NCBI GenBank assembly: GCA_964016885.1
Contig: OZ024740.1
Span: 180,172,001-180,236,000 of the forward strand
Length of the DNA: 64,000 nucleotides
Source: Eledone cirrhosa
Taxonomy: Eukaryota
Direction of reading: 5' to 3'
Shown: in pieces, positions 27,850 through 40,505 of the stretch
Numbering within the stretch: position 1 is the first letter of the stretch
How the letters are laid out: each line of letters begins with the position of its first letter
Notes under the pieces: model-generated
What the model was told of the DNA's origin: nothing
Databases searched by the model: none
Seen by the model: the letters and a program-made list of their open reading frames with translations, nothing else
Program-made: the position numbers and the translations under genes

Positions 27850-27982
27850 ACGAAGGAAATGTGGTAAGGAACCAGGTGGACCATAACGCACCAAAGTACT
27901 CAATACTTGAGGTAGTAGAGTGGGTAATAGGAACCAGTAAGACCCCGACAGCTGAGCTCAAGCCGTTTCGACGCTAATTCAA
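27849..27982 (-). mobile_element. Naiad-type PLE pLTR fragment (3' half of the hammerhead plus downstream sequence)
   Basis: Reverse complement of sequence matching about 63095-63215 and 28670-28795. Confidence 0.8.
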
Positions 27983-28069
27983 TATATATATATATAAATA
28001 TATATATAGTATATATATATAGTATTCTTGTATTAGTATTTATGTATTAGTATTCTTAATAAATATTTC

Positions 28070-28795
28070 GTATTAGTTTTGTTTAGTATGTTTGTCCTCA
28101 ACTTATTAACCTGTCATTGTAAGATAGCATTGACTGATTACTACTAACTATAGCAGTGGTGTTAGAGCCCCTGTAAAGATGGCTTTATAAAATTATTTCA
28201 CTACAATCACGTATTTAGCATTTTTATCCACATATTACATTTTTCTATACCTTAGCAATACCAATGAGAGATTTGGTGATTGTGGGGATCAAATTGTTTT
28301 TTATATATTTATTTCCTCATTTTTATAATGGCTTTTTTGTTTACTACCTTTCGATTTAATTATTTGTTCAACTCCCCCACCCTCCCCTTCTCTAGTACAA
28401 TTTTTTCGACCTTCTATACACCATCCTTAGAATCTGCTGTATAGATTTCACTTTCAACGCTTGAGTGGGTTTCCCCGCTCCCTCTTTGTTCTACCGGTAA
28501 GTTCAGCTAACCCTACCTTCCACTAAATGCCATGATAGAATCATCTGTCTTTACAACACATTTTTGACCAATCCTTTTGACAATTACTATCTTCCCATAT
28601 ATGGAATTACCCCCTGAGAAGATCGGCTATTTATTTACCAGGCTAAAATTTCTTATTTATTCCAGAATTAGCCGTCCAAACGGTTTCAGCTCTGCCGTCG
28701 TGGACATACTTGCTCATATTACCCACTCTACTACCCTAAGTATGGAGTAATTTGGTGCATTATGGTCCATCTGGTTCCTTACCACATTCCTTCGG
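28070..28795 (+). mobile_element. Naiad-type PLE 3' UTR/pLTR fragment with a decayed hammerhead (about 28610-28704)
   Basis: Homologous to about 62670-63215. The core reads CTGAGAA...CAAA, with GAAA mutated. Confidence 0.75.
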
Positions 28796-28860
28796 TATAT
28801 ATATGTATATACATATATATATATATATAAATATATGCATATATATATATATATATATAT

Positions 28861-29648
28861 ATTATTATAAATGTAAGCTATCGCCGTATTTTGACTAAAG
28901 AAATTAAAGAAATTATTTAGCCTGGTAGTGGGGTTAAGAACCCTCGGAGAAATGGAAAAAGATGAGTATTGACGTACATAGGGAGTCGAACCTACATCTT
29001 TGGTTATCCAGACCACTGTGCTACCATTTACACCAACACACCACCCGTCTTTTTCCATTCAAATTAGAAGCTATAATACTTAGCTACTGTAATGTCAAGT
29101 AAGAATATTTTTCGAAACAGCTAGCGGGTTTGAAATTATTATAAATGTAAGCTATCGCCGTATGTTGACTAAAGAAATAAAAAAAATTATTTAGCCTGGT
29201 AGTGGGGTTAAGAACCCTCGGAGAAACGGAAAAATATGAGTATTGACGTACATGGTAGTCGAACCCACATCTTTGGTTATCCAGGCCACTGTGCTACCAT
29301 TTACACCAACACATCACCCGTCTTTTTCCATTCAAATTAGAAGCTATAAACTTAGCGACTGTGATGTCAAGTAAGAATATTTTTCGAAACAGCGAGCGGG
29401 TTTGAAATTATTATAAATGTTAGCTATCGCCGTATGGTGTAAATGTTAGTACAGTGGTCTGGATAACCAAAGATCTGGGTTCCACTCCCATGTACGTCAA
29501 TACTCATCTTTTTCCATTTCTCCGAGGGTTCTTAACCCCACTACCAGGCTAAATAATTTCTTTAATTTCTTTAGTCAAAATACGGTGATAGCTTACATTT
29601 ATAATAATTTGAAACCCGCTCGCTGTTTCGAAAAATATTCTTACTTGA
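28861..29648. repeat. ~274-bp tandem repeat carrying a tRNA-like module; about 2.1 units on the minus strand, then an inverted partial unit
   Basis: Units start at 28861, 29135 and 29407, with the inversion near 29435. Both outer ends abut (TA)n. Confidence 0.9.
28971..29044 (-). ncRNA. tRNA-like sequence (pseudo-tRNA; 7-nt loop CTGGATA) inside the 274-bp unit
   Basis: Minus strand reads TGGTGTG-T-TGGTGTAAATGGTAGCAC-AG-TGGT-CTGGATA-ACCA-AAGATG-TAGGTTCGACTCC-CTATG-TACGTCA. It has A- and B-box-like motifs and cloverleaf order, with a G.U-rich acceptor stem. Confidence 0.7.
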
Positions 29649-30159
<511 letters not shown>

Positions 30160-30625
30160 GTCAGGTCACCAGTTGGTGCTACTAGTAACATGTATCCCAG
30201 TACAACCTGCCTCATGGTCGGGTCGTTGGCGACTAAACTGGCAACCCAACCAATACATCTTGGTGAGGAGGGTGACTTTGGACATCCTGCAGGACTAACA
30301 ACAAAACCTGTCAAAGGGCAAAACAACTCCTGGGAGCTCTTAAGTGCTCTTGGAGTCAATGGTCATCCAAAACCAGCACAGCCCGCCGAAAGGAGCTGCA
30401 GTGCCGGACAAGTCAACTTCTTGCTACTAGTATGCTGGTAAGCTAGTACAACGTATATCCAGACGGACAGAGTGGGTCCGTAGCTTTGGTTAGCGACTAC
30501 CCTAGTGCTTGCAACACGAACAATTAGGGCCAGGGTATAAATGCCAGGTTGGTATCTGGCGCCGGGTAACCCACCACATGGAGGAGAAAGCCCCTTCTTC
30601 AAGACTTGGCTGTCAAATTCTTTCA
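30160..30625 (+). repeat. Dispersed repeat, possibly a LINE 5' UTR; second copy at about 36140-36330
   Basis: GTCACCAGTTG...CCAGTACAACCTG...GGCGACTAAACTGGC...GGTGAGGAGGGTGACTTT is shared by both copies, and both start at (TA)n. Confidence 0.65.
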
Positions 30626-30881
30626 CAGATTAAAGTAAGTGAGTTTGTTACTACTCTAAAACAATAGCATACGGACTTCAAAATGCTTTTAATTAAGCAT
30701 GAAGTGTATTGCAAAATACATTATATATACATTCATATATATATTGCTATTTCAGAGCTCCAATTCTAATTTTTAATTTCTGCCTGACCGGCAACCGCTC
30801 TGTATAATCAGTTCCTGATTATTTACTAGAATTCTATAAGAATATAACATCAGTGATCTCAGTAGACAGGAGGGAGTATTT

Positions 30882-30926
30882 AGCCCTGATAAGCATCAAT
30901 AAATGCGAAACAAGGCCTTGTCGGCT
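30882..30926 (+). ncRNA. Type I hammerhead with C3/A8 mismatch core
   Basis: AGCC-CTGATAA-GCAT-CAATAA-ATGC-GAAA-CAAGGCCTTG-TC-GGCT, with palindromic stem III. Confidence 0.75.
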
Positions 30927-31200
30927 TATCTCCCCTTGTTTGCTGAGATTGAAGTAAGTGAGTTTGTCACTACTCTAAAACAATAGCATACGGTCTTCAA
31001 AATGCTTTTAATTAAGCATAAAGTGTATTGCAAAATACATTATATATACATTCATATATATATTGCTATTTTATAGCTCCAATTCTAATTTTTAATTTCT
31101 GCTTGACCGGCAACCGCTCTGTATAATCAGTTCCTGATTATTTACTAGAATTCTATAAGAATATAACATCAGTGATCTCAGTAGAGAGGAGGGAGTAGTT

Positions 31201-31245
31201 AGCCTTGATAAGCATCAATAAATGCGAAACAAGGCCTTGTCGGCT
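31201..31245 (+). ncRNA. Type I hammerhead, U3-A8 compensated variant
   Basis: AGCC-TTGATAA-GCAT-CAATAA-ATGC-GAAA-CAAGGCCTTG-TC-GGCT. Confidence 0.8.
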
Positions 31246-31406
31246 TATCTCCCCTTGTTTGCTGAGATTAGAGTGAGTGAGTTTGTCACTACTCTAAATC
31301 AATAGCATACGGTCTTCAAAATGCTTTTAATTAAGCATAAAGTGTATTGCAAAATACATTATATATACATTCATATATATATTGCTATTTCAGAGCTCCA
31401 ATTCTA

Positions 31407-31500
<94 letters not shown>

Positions 31501-31504
<4 letters not shown>

Positions 31505-32242
31505 TGGTAAACGGAATAGAAAATGCTGACAAATTGTTCACAGTTGAAAAATGGTTTAATTAGGAATAAAAGAGTATTAGTAATTGTATGGGTTAGTATT
31601 CAGTTGTGGTTTTAAGTTTTTAAGTTATTACCGGTTGTGCATTTCTAGATGCTTTTCAAAAATAATTTTGAGATAGAGTGTCCGTGTTGTTTGCTCTGAT
31701 CTGATAAGTTTTGGGAATTCTACCTGTTTTTATGTTAAAAAAGTGGCTCCAGCGCTACTTTGGCGTTGTAAAAGTTCTTGTGGTCAAAACAATTTTGATT
31801 GGTCGGTAGAGGTCATGTGAATGTAAAAAATTGATTTTGCGACAAGACTGTTTTTATGTTAAAAAAGTGGCTCCAGCGCTACTTGGTGTTTGCAAAAATT
31901 CTTGTGGTCAAAACAATATTGATTGGTCGGTAGAGGTCATGTGAATAAAAAATTGGTTTTGCGCCAAGACTGTTTTCATGTTTAAAATGTGGCTCCAGCG
32001 CTACTTGGTGTTTGCAAAAATTATTGTGGTCAAAACAATTGTGATTGGTCGGTAGAGGTCATGTGAATGAAAAAAAATTGATTTTGCGCCAAGACTGTTT
32101 ATATGTTATAAAAGTGGCTCCAGCGCTACTTGGTGTTTGCAAAAATTCTTGTGGTCAAAACAATTTTGATTGGTCGGTAGAGGTCATGTGAATAAAAAAA
32201 TTCATTTTGCGCCAAGATTGAGAAATGACTCTTTCACAACAA

Positions 32243-32300
<58 letters not shown>

Positions 32301-32369
32301 TAGTAGTAGTAAGGTGTTCGATGTTGTGATAATGGTTAGCAGGGATGTGTGTCAAATGGCTATTAAGAT

Positions 32370-32416
<47 letters not shown>

Positions 32417-32783
32417 GCAGAGCAATTCGTGGTAGCAGGGATGGTCAGTAAGAATGTGTCTGTAAGCAATGGGGGGGTATTTTAGCATGTCAAAAGATAT
32501 TTTTCAGCTTTTGTCTTATACGGAGAAGTGCGTGTGTGTGTGTGTGTATAAGTCTCTTTGTATGTTAATGTACGCGTGTGTATGTGTGTGTGTATATATG
32601 TGTGTGTGTGTGTGTGTGAGTGAGAATGTGTGTGTGGGGGGGGGACCAGTATTTTTTTCCCCTGTTAAAATGGTGTACATTATTAGATTTTTTCAGTAAA
32701 ATTGGTTCTCTTAATAGAACATCAAAAATCTTAATAAAAGGTGTGAAATGATATTCACTATATATATATACACATACATATAT

Positions 32784-32823
<40 letters not shown>

Positions 32824-35557
32824 TTTTTTGTGTTGCACCATAGAGCATGTGTGTTTACGTATGTCATTGTGTTTATATGTGGGTAGAGATGTGTGCTGAT
32901 GTAGGTATGTATGTTGACGTGTGCATGTTTTGGGTTCGTCTTAGGGAGAAGTGTTTAGACGTGGTCCGTATTTGTTAATGAAGTAAGATTCCTTGCTGAT
33001 GCACTGGGTGTGGGTGGCATTTTCTTTAAATTTGTAGAGGGGAAAGATTCTGAAGTTGGGACGATTTGGGGCGGCACAGGTATCAATGTGTTCACTCAGT
33101 GGTATTTTCCTGTATTCGCGTATTTTAATTTGGGATCTATGGACAGTCATGCGTTGGCGGAGGCTGATTTTGGTCTGGCCTATGTATTGTTCTCGACAAC
33201 CTGAGCAAGTTAATACATATATTAGATTTTCCGATGGACATGTGAAATTGTGTTTTACTATAAAACGTTGTCCTTCTTTGAAATATTAATTCCGTACCCT
33301 CTATTAGGTTGATGCAAATGCCACAGTTGGGTCTATCGCATTTTTTTTACTGTGGGTTTCGTTGTTGTGGTTGGCATTACTTTGGCATGTGTTAGGATGT
33401 TTTTCATTGACTTGGATTGTCTTTTGCTCTTTATGATATCGTGTGTTCGTAGGATTTGGTTCATTCTATGGTCCTTTTTCAACACAGGGATGTTCTGGAG
33501 GATGGTGTCAAAGGCCTCATTGTTGAGGGGGTTGTGTGTGGAGATGTATGGAAGAGCTTTTAGTTTCGGTTGATTTACTTTAGGGTGTCTAAGGTCCTGG
33601 GTACTGAGTTTTAGGGCACGTTGGATTCCATTGTCAATTAGTGATGCAGGGTAGTCCCTGCCTATGAGTGTGTCCTTTAGTTCTTGTAGCCGTAAGTAGC
33701 AGATGTTTTTAAATTGTAGGGAATATTAATTTTACGTGTCTAGGGTGGCAAGAGTTGAAAGGGAGATATTGTTTGGAGTCTGTGGGCTTGTAGTATATGT
33801 CTGTTTCTATTTTTTTGTTATGAATATTAATGAGGATGTCGAGGAAGGGGAGTTGTTGATGGCTGTGTTCCATCGTGAAGTTAATATTCGTGTTGAGCCC
33901 ATTTAAAAGGGTGTGAAATTCTTTAAGTGTTTCGATGTTTTCGTGCCAAAGGATGAAGCAGTCATCTAGATATCGCGTCCAGTTCCTTTCAATGTGTAAG
34001 TGGAGGGTGTTTCCAAATTTGTTCAGGACTTTAGTGTAGAGGGTGATTTTCAGGTATCCCATGACTAGGTTGGCATAAGTGGGGGCTGTTTTCGTTCCCA
34101 TAGCGGTCCCAGATTTCTGCCTGTAGGGTTTGTTATTGAAAACGAAATAATTGTTCTCCAAGATAAATTTGAGTCCCTCTATCACGAATTCTTTTTTGAT
34201 GCGTTGTGGGAGTTCATTGTGGAAATTATCCAGTCAGAATTGGATAGCTTCTATTCCTAGGTTGTGGGGGATGTTGGAGTATAGGTTGACTACATCTAAC
34301 GTCACTAGTAGGGTTTGTTCAGAAAGTGGCATATTAGGGAGGTGATTGAGCATATCTAGGTCGTCCCTTATATAGCTTTTGATGTGTTTGAGGAAGGGTT
34401 TGAGAAGGGTATCAATGAAGTTGCTAAGGCGGTGGGTTTCGCAAGCGGGGCCTGCTATTATAGGTCTTAATTTGAGATCATTGGGTGAGGGGACATTGAT
34501 GACTGTCTGTGGCTTCCTTGCATGCCTTACTTATTGATTCGCTTTTATGTACTTTAGGGATACCGTAGAAAAGGCTGGATTTACTTGTGAAGTCAGTGAT
34601 GAGGCTGAATTCCTTGTTAGTGAGTCCTTCTTTGTATTGGTTGATTAGAGTTTTTAGGTTTCTCATAATTTTCTGTTGATTGTAGTGTTCAGCCTTTTCG
34701 TAGTATGTTTCGTTTTCCAAAGTGGAGAGCGCTAAGTTGATATAGAATTCTGTCTCCATTAGGACTACTGTACTCCCTTTATCAGCCTCTTTAATTGTAA
34801 TCTTTCTGTCGGTTTTTAATCTATTTAATTCTTCCCATTCTTTCTTGTTGAGGTTTGGCTTGTGTTTTTGTCTGTGCTAGTGTTGGTAAGGGAAGTTTGT
34901 GATGTTTTCACATAATTCGTCCAGGATTTTATTTCTACCTTTTGGAGGGGTGTAATTGCTTCTGTTTCTGGCTAATGATTCATCCTCATTGTACTGGTCG
35001 AATAGTTGTTCACTAAGTCGTAACTTTCTACAGAAGTCTGTGATGTCTTCCTTCATTTATTAGTAGTTAGGACGTAGTGGGGTTGGTGTGAATTTAAGAC
35101 CTTTGGAGAGTAAGTTGATAAGGTTGGGTGTTGGTTCTGCACTAGTAAGATTGATAATTTTTATTACTATCGATTTTTGCTCCCTGTCGTGTGTTATTTT
35201 GTTTGCCTGTATCTGTGTGCTGTGTCTAAAAATGGTTGGGGTAGAGGGGTTGTCTGCTGATGTTAAGTGGTCTCCTGTGTTTGTTATATTCCTTGTTGTT
35301 GTAAAATGTGGTTCGGGTTGGTGGTTGTAGATTGAATGGGGTGTTCCTGTACTGCGAGTATGGGTGTGTGTTTTTATGTGCCATGTTGTATTGTGGTGTT
35401 ATAAGTGGCCTACGTTGTTGGTTGTATCGTGTGGTGTGGGTTTGTTGTGTATTGTGGAAGCGAGAGTTGAGAAAATGGTAATTACCTTGCTAAAATATCC
35501 CCCATTGCTTACAGACACATTCTTACTGACCATCCCTGCTACCACGAATTACTCTGC

Positions 35558-35596
<39 letters not shown>

Positions 35597-35661
35597 ATTT
35601 ACTAGCCATTTGACACACATCCCTGCTAACCATTATCACAACATCGAACACCTTACTACTA

Positions 35662-35697
<36 letters not shown>

Positions 35698-36066
35698 TTG
35701 TTGTGAAAGTCATTTCTCAATCTTGGCGCAAAACCAATTTTTTATTCACACGACCTCTACCGACCAATCAAAATTGTTTTGACCACAAGAATTTTTACAA
35801 CACCAAAGTAGCGCTGGAGCCACTTTTTTAACATAAAAACAGGTAGAATTCCCAAAACTAATCAGATCAGAGCAAACAACACGGAAACTCTATCTCAAAA
35901 TTATTTTTGAAAAGCATTTAGAAATGCGCAACCGGTAAATACTTAAAAACTTAAAACCACAACTGAATACTAACCCATACAATTACTAATACTCTTTTAT
36001 TCCTAATTAAACCATTTTTCAACTGTGAACAATTTGTCAGCATTTTCTATTCCGTTTACCAATATA
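31501..36066 (-). mobile_element. Neptune-like Penelope element with an inverted duplicate of its 3' terminal region
   Basis: RT 33709-34185 (AMGTKTAPTYAN, WTRYLDD, LPFLD, YYKPTD), a Cys-containing linker, and GIY-YIG at about 32941-33230 (NLIYVLTC...YIGQT...RMTVHR). 35488-36066 is an inverted copy of 31501-32488. Confidence 0.9.
31728..32220. repeat. Tandem repeat of about 121-126 bp (4 copies) in the Neptune terminal region
   Basis: GTGGCTCCAGCGCTAC at 31743, 31867, 31988 and 32114. Only one copy is present in the inverted arm. Confidence 0.9.
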
Positions 36067-36097
36067 TAATAACTTGTGTGTTACACCTCTATTCTTT

Positions 36098-36140
<43 letters not shown>

Positions 36141-36759
36141 TCATGTCACCAGTTGCTGCTACCGGTAACATGTATTCCAGTACAACCTGACTCTAGGTCG
36201 TGTCGTTGGCGACTAAACTGGCGACCCCACCAAGGTTTCTTGGTGAGGAGGGTGACTTTCGACATCCTGCAGGAGTAAAAACAAAACCTCTCAAAGGGTA
36301 AAGGAGATCTTAAGAGTCAATGGCCATGCAAAATCACCGGGAGAGATGACCCCTTAGCCTTTGTCACGGCAGAATTCTAGGAGAAGGAAAACTCTGATAT
36401 AACACCTGCAACCCTGATGGTATCCAATGATGTTGACTTGTTCTTCTTTTTGGTAAATATCATCTTGGTTAGTGCAGTGCCTTTGCTCACTATAAAAGCA
36501 TCACATCACAGGCATTGCTTTATATCTGGAGATCTCTCTGCACTTGTCATTACACGGTACCATGGGCCCAGCACTATGTGTCAATAATTGTCACAAGTGT
36601 AGTGTTTGTACCAGAGTTTTCAAGTCGCTGGCTGGACTAAAATGTTACACTTGTTCAGCGCATCGGTAGAGGTTCACCTATAGGATATAAAGTAGTAGCC
36701 CTACTCGAAAACAAGTTGGCAGCCACCATATATATATATATATATATATATACGTGTAC

Positions 36760-36920
<161 letters not shown>

Positions 36921-36975
36921 CATATATATATCTATATAATATAAGATCAAAAGATGGTTAAAAGTGTTCCAAGAT

Positions 36976-37042
36976 TTTTATTATGCGCATTTCAAAAACA
37001 AATATCATCATGGGATGATATCTGCGTTCTCATCAGATAAAA
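36976..37042 (-). ncRNA. Type I hammerhead ribozyme with a long stem II
   Basis: Minus strand reads TTTTAT-CTGATGA-GAACGCAGATATCATC-CCAT-GATGATATTTGTTTTT-GAAA-TGCGCA-TA-ATAAAA. Confidence 0.88.
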
Positions 37043-37218
37043 GAGGGAGACATTATATGAAGCTTAAAAAACACTTCGGACTTGCGCTTGCGCAGACCGG
37101 TGGGGTGAATTGGTACTCACAAGGGAACGGATGAAAAACCCAAAAGCACGAACTTCATCCGTTCCCATATCGATTCAGTTTGGATTGCCTCGGAAACATA
37201 ACCTGATTATGTAACAAT

Positions 37219-37290
37219 CTGTCTGATGATGACACGACACTCGCACACAGAACAGTGTGGCCAGTGTCGTAATTGAAATATATATCACAG
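37219..37290 (+). ncRNA. Type I hammerhead ribozyme
   Basis: CTGT-CTGATGA-(TGAC ACGACACT...AGTGTCGT AATT)-GAAA-TATATA-TC-ACAG, with palindromic stem III and an imperfect base of stem II. Confidence 0.72.
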
Positions 37291-37416
37291 CATTATTATT
37301 AAAGGACGTGAACATCTGAAACTACTTCGGTTTTCCATATTCGATATTTACTCCGTCACTCCTATGTGGAAAAAGTACGTTGAGTGCTTGAATTGAATTG
37401 CATCAATGTTTACCCT

Positions 37417-37552
<136 letters not shown>

Positions 37553-38426
37553 TGTTAAAAGTGGATCCACACAGAAGATGGTAAATCATGGCTCCAACGA
37601 TATTAGGTTGTTTTTATCTGTTAGCAGTCTCAACCATCAAGTCTCCCTGATATTCATCCATCCAATTCTATTTCGTGCCATGTCATGTAAATAGAATTGT
37701 GTGAATTATCAAGATCTTCAACATTATACGACCTAGTTAAACACATTTATATCTGTGGTAGATTAAATATCTGGAAGTTAATATATGTACTATTTATTTT
37801 TCTTACAAAAACTGTTGTGGGAGCATAATCATTTTTTCGGACAACATCCCAACGGAAGAACACTTGCATGTTATGATTTCGAAAGTCAATGCACATTGTA
37901 CGAGCAATACACTCAAAGACTGATAAGCAAAGAGTCTGGTCTTCTGTACGAACAATTCTATATACTTCTCATATCCTATACCAAACACGAAGAAGCAAAG
38001 AATGCAGGATTTAAAAAAAAACACAAATGATATAATAAAATGTATAAAAATATATTTCAATACTGATTGTAACAATTGTAAATATATATAAAAAAACTAT
38101 ACATTTGAAGCTGAATTGAATATTCTACAGAAGAGAGCATTTTTAAGAAGCCGTTTAATCCCCCACCCCTCCTCCACCCCAATAAATCTTCCGCAGCAAA
38201 TTCATTACTGTGTTGAAACGAGAGATTTGAATTCATATAAGTATTAAAGAGAAACGTGTGACAGGTGTGTCATCCAAAACGAGAACATATACAGTTAGAT
38301 ATGCAATTATGTTATTCCCCGATCAGTTGCATTCATAAACTATTCAACAAAGAAAGCGGTATAATTTTGAGACCTGTCAAGATAATGGATATGGTAAAGT
38401 AATAATAAAATATGAACAATTATTGA

Positions 38427-38522
38427 TAGAAGAGGAAGAAGAAGGAGAAGGAGAAGGAGAAGAAGAAGAAGAAGAAGAAGAAGAAGAAGAAGAAGAAGAA
38501 GAAGAAGAAGAAGAAGAAGAAA
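38427..38522. repeat. (GAA)n microsatellite
   Basis: Read directly from the sequence. Confidence 0.95.
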
Positions 38523-39869
38523 CCCCGAATTTGTGGTACAACCTGAAACGACAAAAATGGATAAAAAATAAAAGAAGGTAGACAAAACAAGGCTTTATTT
38601 CACCCACCGAACTGAAACACCTTGAAAAAATCTGGTGTACGATGGTCAGTTTCTCGCTAATTCTCCATCTTATAGCATTATAGAATATTGAATTGCTGCC
38701 ATATTTCAAAGTTGGAAATATATTCTAGAAACAACTTTTATCACTACAATGGTGGAAATATATTCTAGAAACAACTTTTATTACTTTCTTATGTTTGTGA
38801 CCCACTTTGATTTTTCTTTTGTTGTATTTGCTGGTGTATTTCTTTAGTGAATAATATTAAAGCCAGGTGTCTATGTAGAGAAATGTTTGACATAACTCCA
38901 AGAGATTTCTGACTATTCTTAAACTAAACATTTATCATTTTCTGCTTCCTCGCTCACTACTCCTTTCTTCATATCTATATTTCTTTGTGAATATTGAATT
39001 ATATATCTAGGTACGTTTTTTTTCTCGGTAGCCATTTCCATATAGCTTGCATGGTAGTCTAATGTCATGTCAGTTATCTCCATACAATAACTCTTTTTCA
39101 AATGACGCATTAAATGTTGTGCATTTGCAGATTATGTATGCAAATTGTGATGCATTGCTGTCATCTAGCAAGCAGAACTACATTTATAAGCTAAGGCGGT
39201 GTTGATTATGATTTTCCGTGTTTTTTTAAATATATATTTTAAATTGACAACAATTGTTTCGCTAAGGAAATAATTGCTGAGTTTTTTAAAGTTAATTATT
39301 TATTTTATATAATATTACATGTTTAATATATTTTACTTTGCTTCGTTCAATTGAAATTTGATATTGATCAGTTATATGGATGACACTTAAATGGCGTTAT
39401 CAATAAACCACAGCCGATTCTTGTATGCATGTATATTTGTACGTATGAACGTATGTATGTACGTATGTATGTACGTATGTATATACGTATGTATGTATGT
39501 ATGTATGTATGTATGTATGTGTCTGTGTACGCGTAGCTAGTGTGTATATAAAAGTTTAAAAAAACTTTCCTTAATACGATAAAATTAAATCCATCAGTTG
39601 TTCGGGTCATCCATGAAGCTTGATAACAATCTTTTTTTTTTTTCATATCCAAATCACAATTTTATTCCTTTTTTTTCATTTTACCGCTTCAAAATTATAC
39701 ACGTTATTCTATTTTAATAGAATATTTATGAATTGCATTTCTCATTCCTTCTGTCGACCGTTATCTTATGAGTATAATTTCGTAGTCGGAAAAAACAATG
39801 AAGATTTCGATACATAAATACATGTATACACATGCATACCTGCATACATACATACACACACATATACAT

Positions 39870-40505
39870 GTCATAAGAAGCTGTCCAAAAATGCCATCAC
39901 TGTAATGTCTACCAGTGACGCATGATGTATTGCCAAAACACTATACAATTCAATCCGTAGTAAAAATAGTCCCGAAAATAAACAATAATTGTTACAGTAA
40001 TATGGAAGTCATATACATATATATTATGGAAGAATACTGGTGGAATCTTCCACTCAAAACCCCAATGAAATGCAAGCATAGCAAACCAGATATAATGATA
40101 TGGGACAAGAAAAAGAAGGCAAGCAAAATACTGGAAGTCAGCTACCCAACAGATGCCAGTATGTTATTAAATATTAGCGAAAAGAAGAACATCTATGTTA
40201 TACACATACATACAAAGATCATTATACATACACATACCATTAAGCATGCATACGTACACAATTTTTTTAAATTTTTTTTATGCAGAATGAATGAGGAATC
40301 TGCAGATACTCCACACTGACTATACCTTCAGATATATATTTGTGATTATTGGGACACTGCGATATTTTAGTAACTGCTTTAGTAAAAATCTTGAGAAGCA
40401 CGGCGTGACAGAAGGAGAGAGAACACGACTAGTTAAGAAATTCCAAATACATCTGATTAATGGAAGAGTAACATTATGTAAAACATTCCAAAAATTCTAC
40501 ATTCC
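39870..40505 (+). mobile_element. 3' fragment of an R4/Dong-like non-LTR element (restriction-like endonuclease), interrupted
   Basis: WWNLPLKT...KPDIMIWDK...ILEVSYPTD...EKKNIY, then VIIGTL: a PD..E..K RLE pattern. Confidence 0.7.

Larger units (their letters stand above)
30627..31408 (+). repeat. 319-bp tandem repeat (about 2.4 units) with type I hammerheads; related to the 310-bp array
   Basis: Period 319 (AGCC at 30882 and 31201). It shares GGTCTTCAAAATG, GCTATTTCAGAGC, GACCGGCAACCGCTCT, CAGTTCCTG and ATTCTATAAG with the 310-bp unit. The 3' end runs into (TA)n. Confidence 0.92.

Noticed and set aside
28971-29044. Functional tRNA-Ser(GGA) gene
   Set aside because: No long variable arm, mismatched stems and divergence between copies. 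Treated as a tRNA-like module only.
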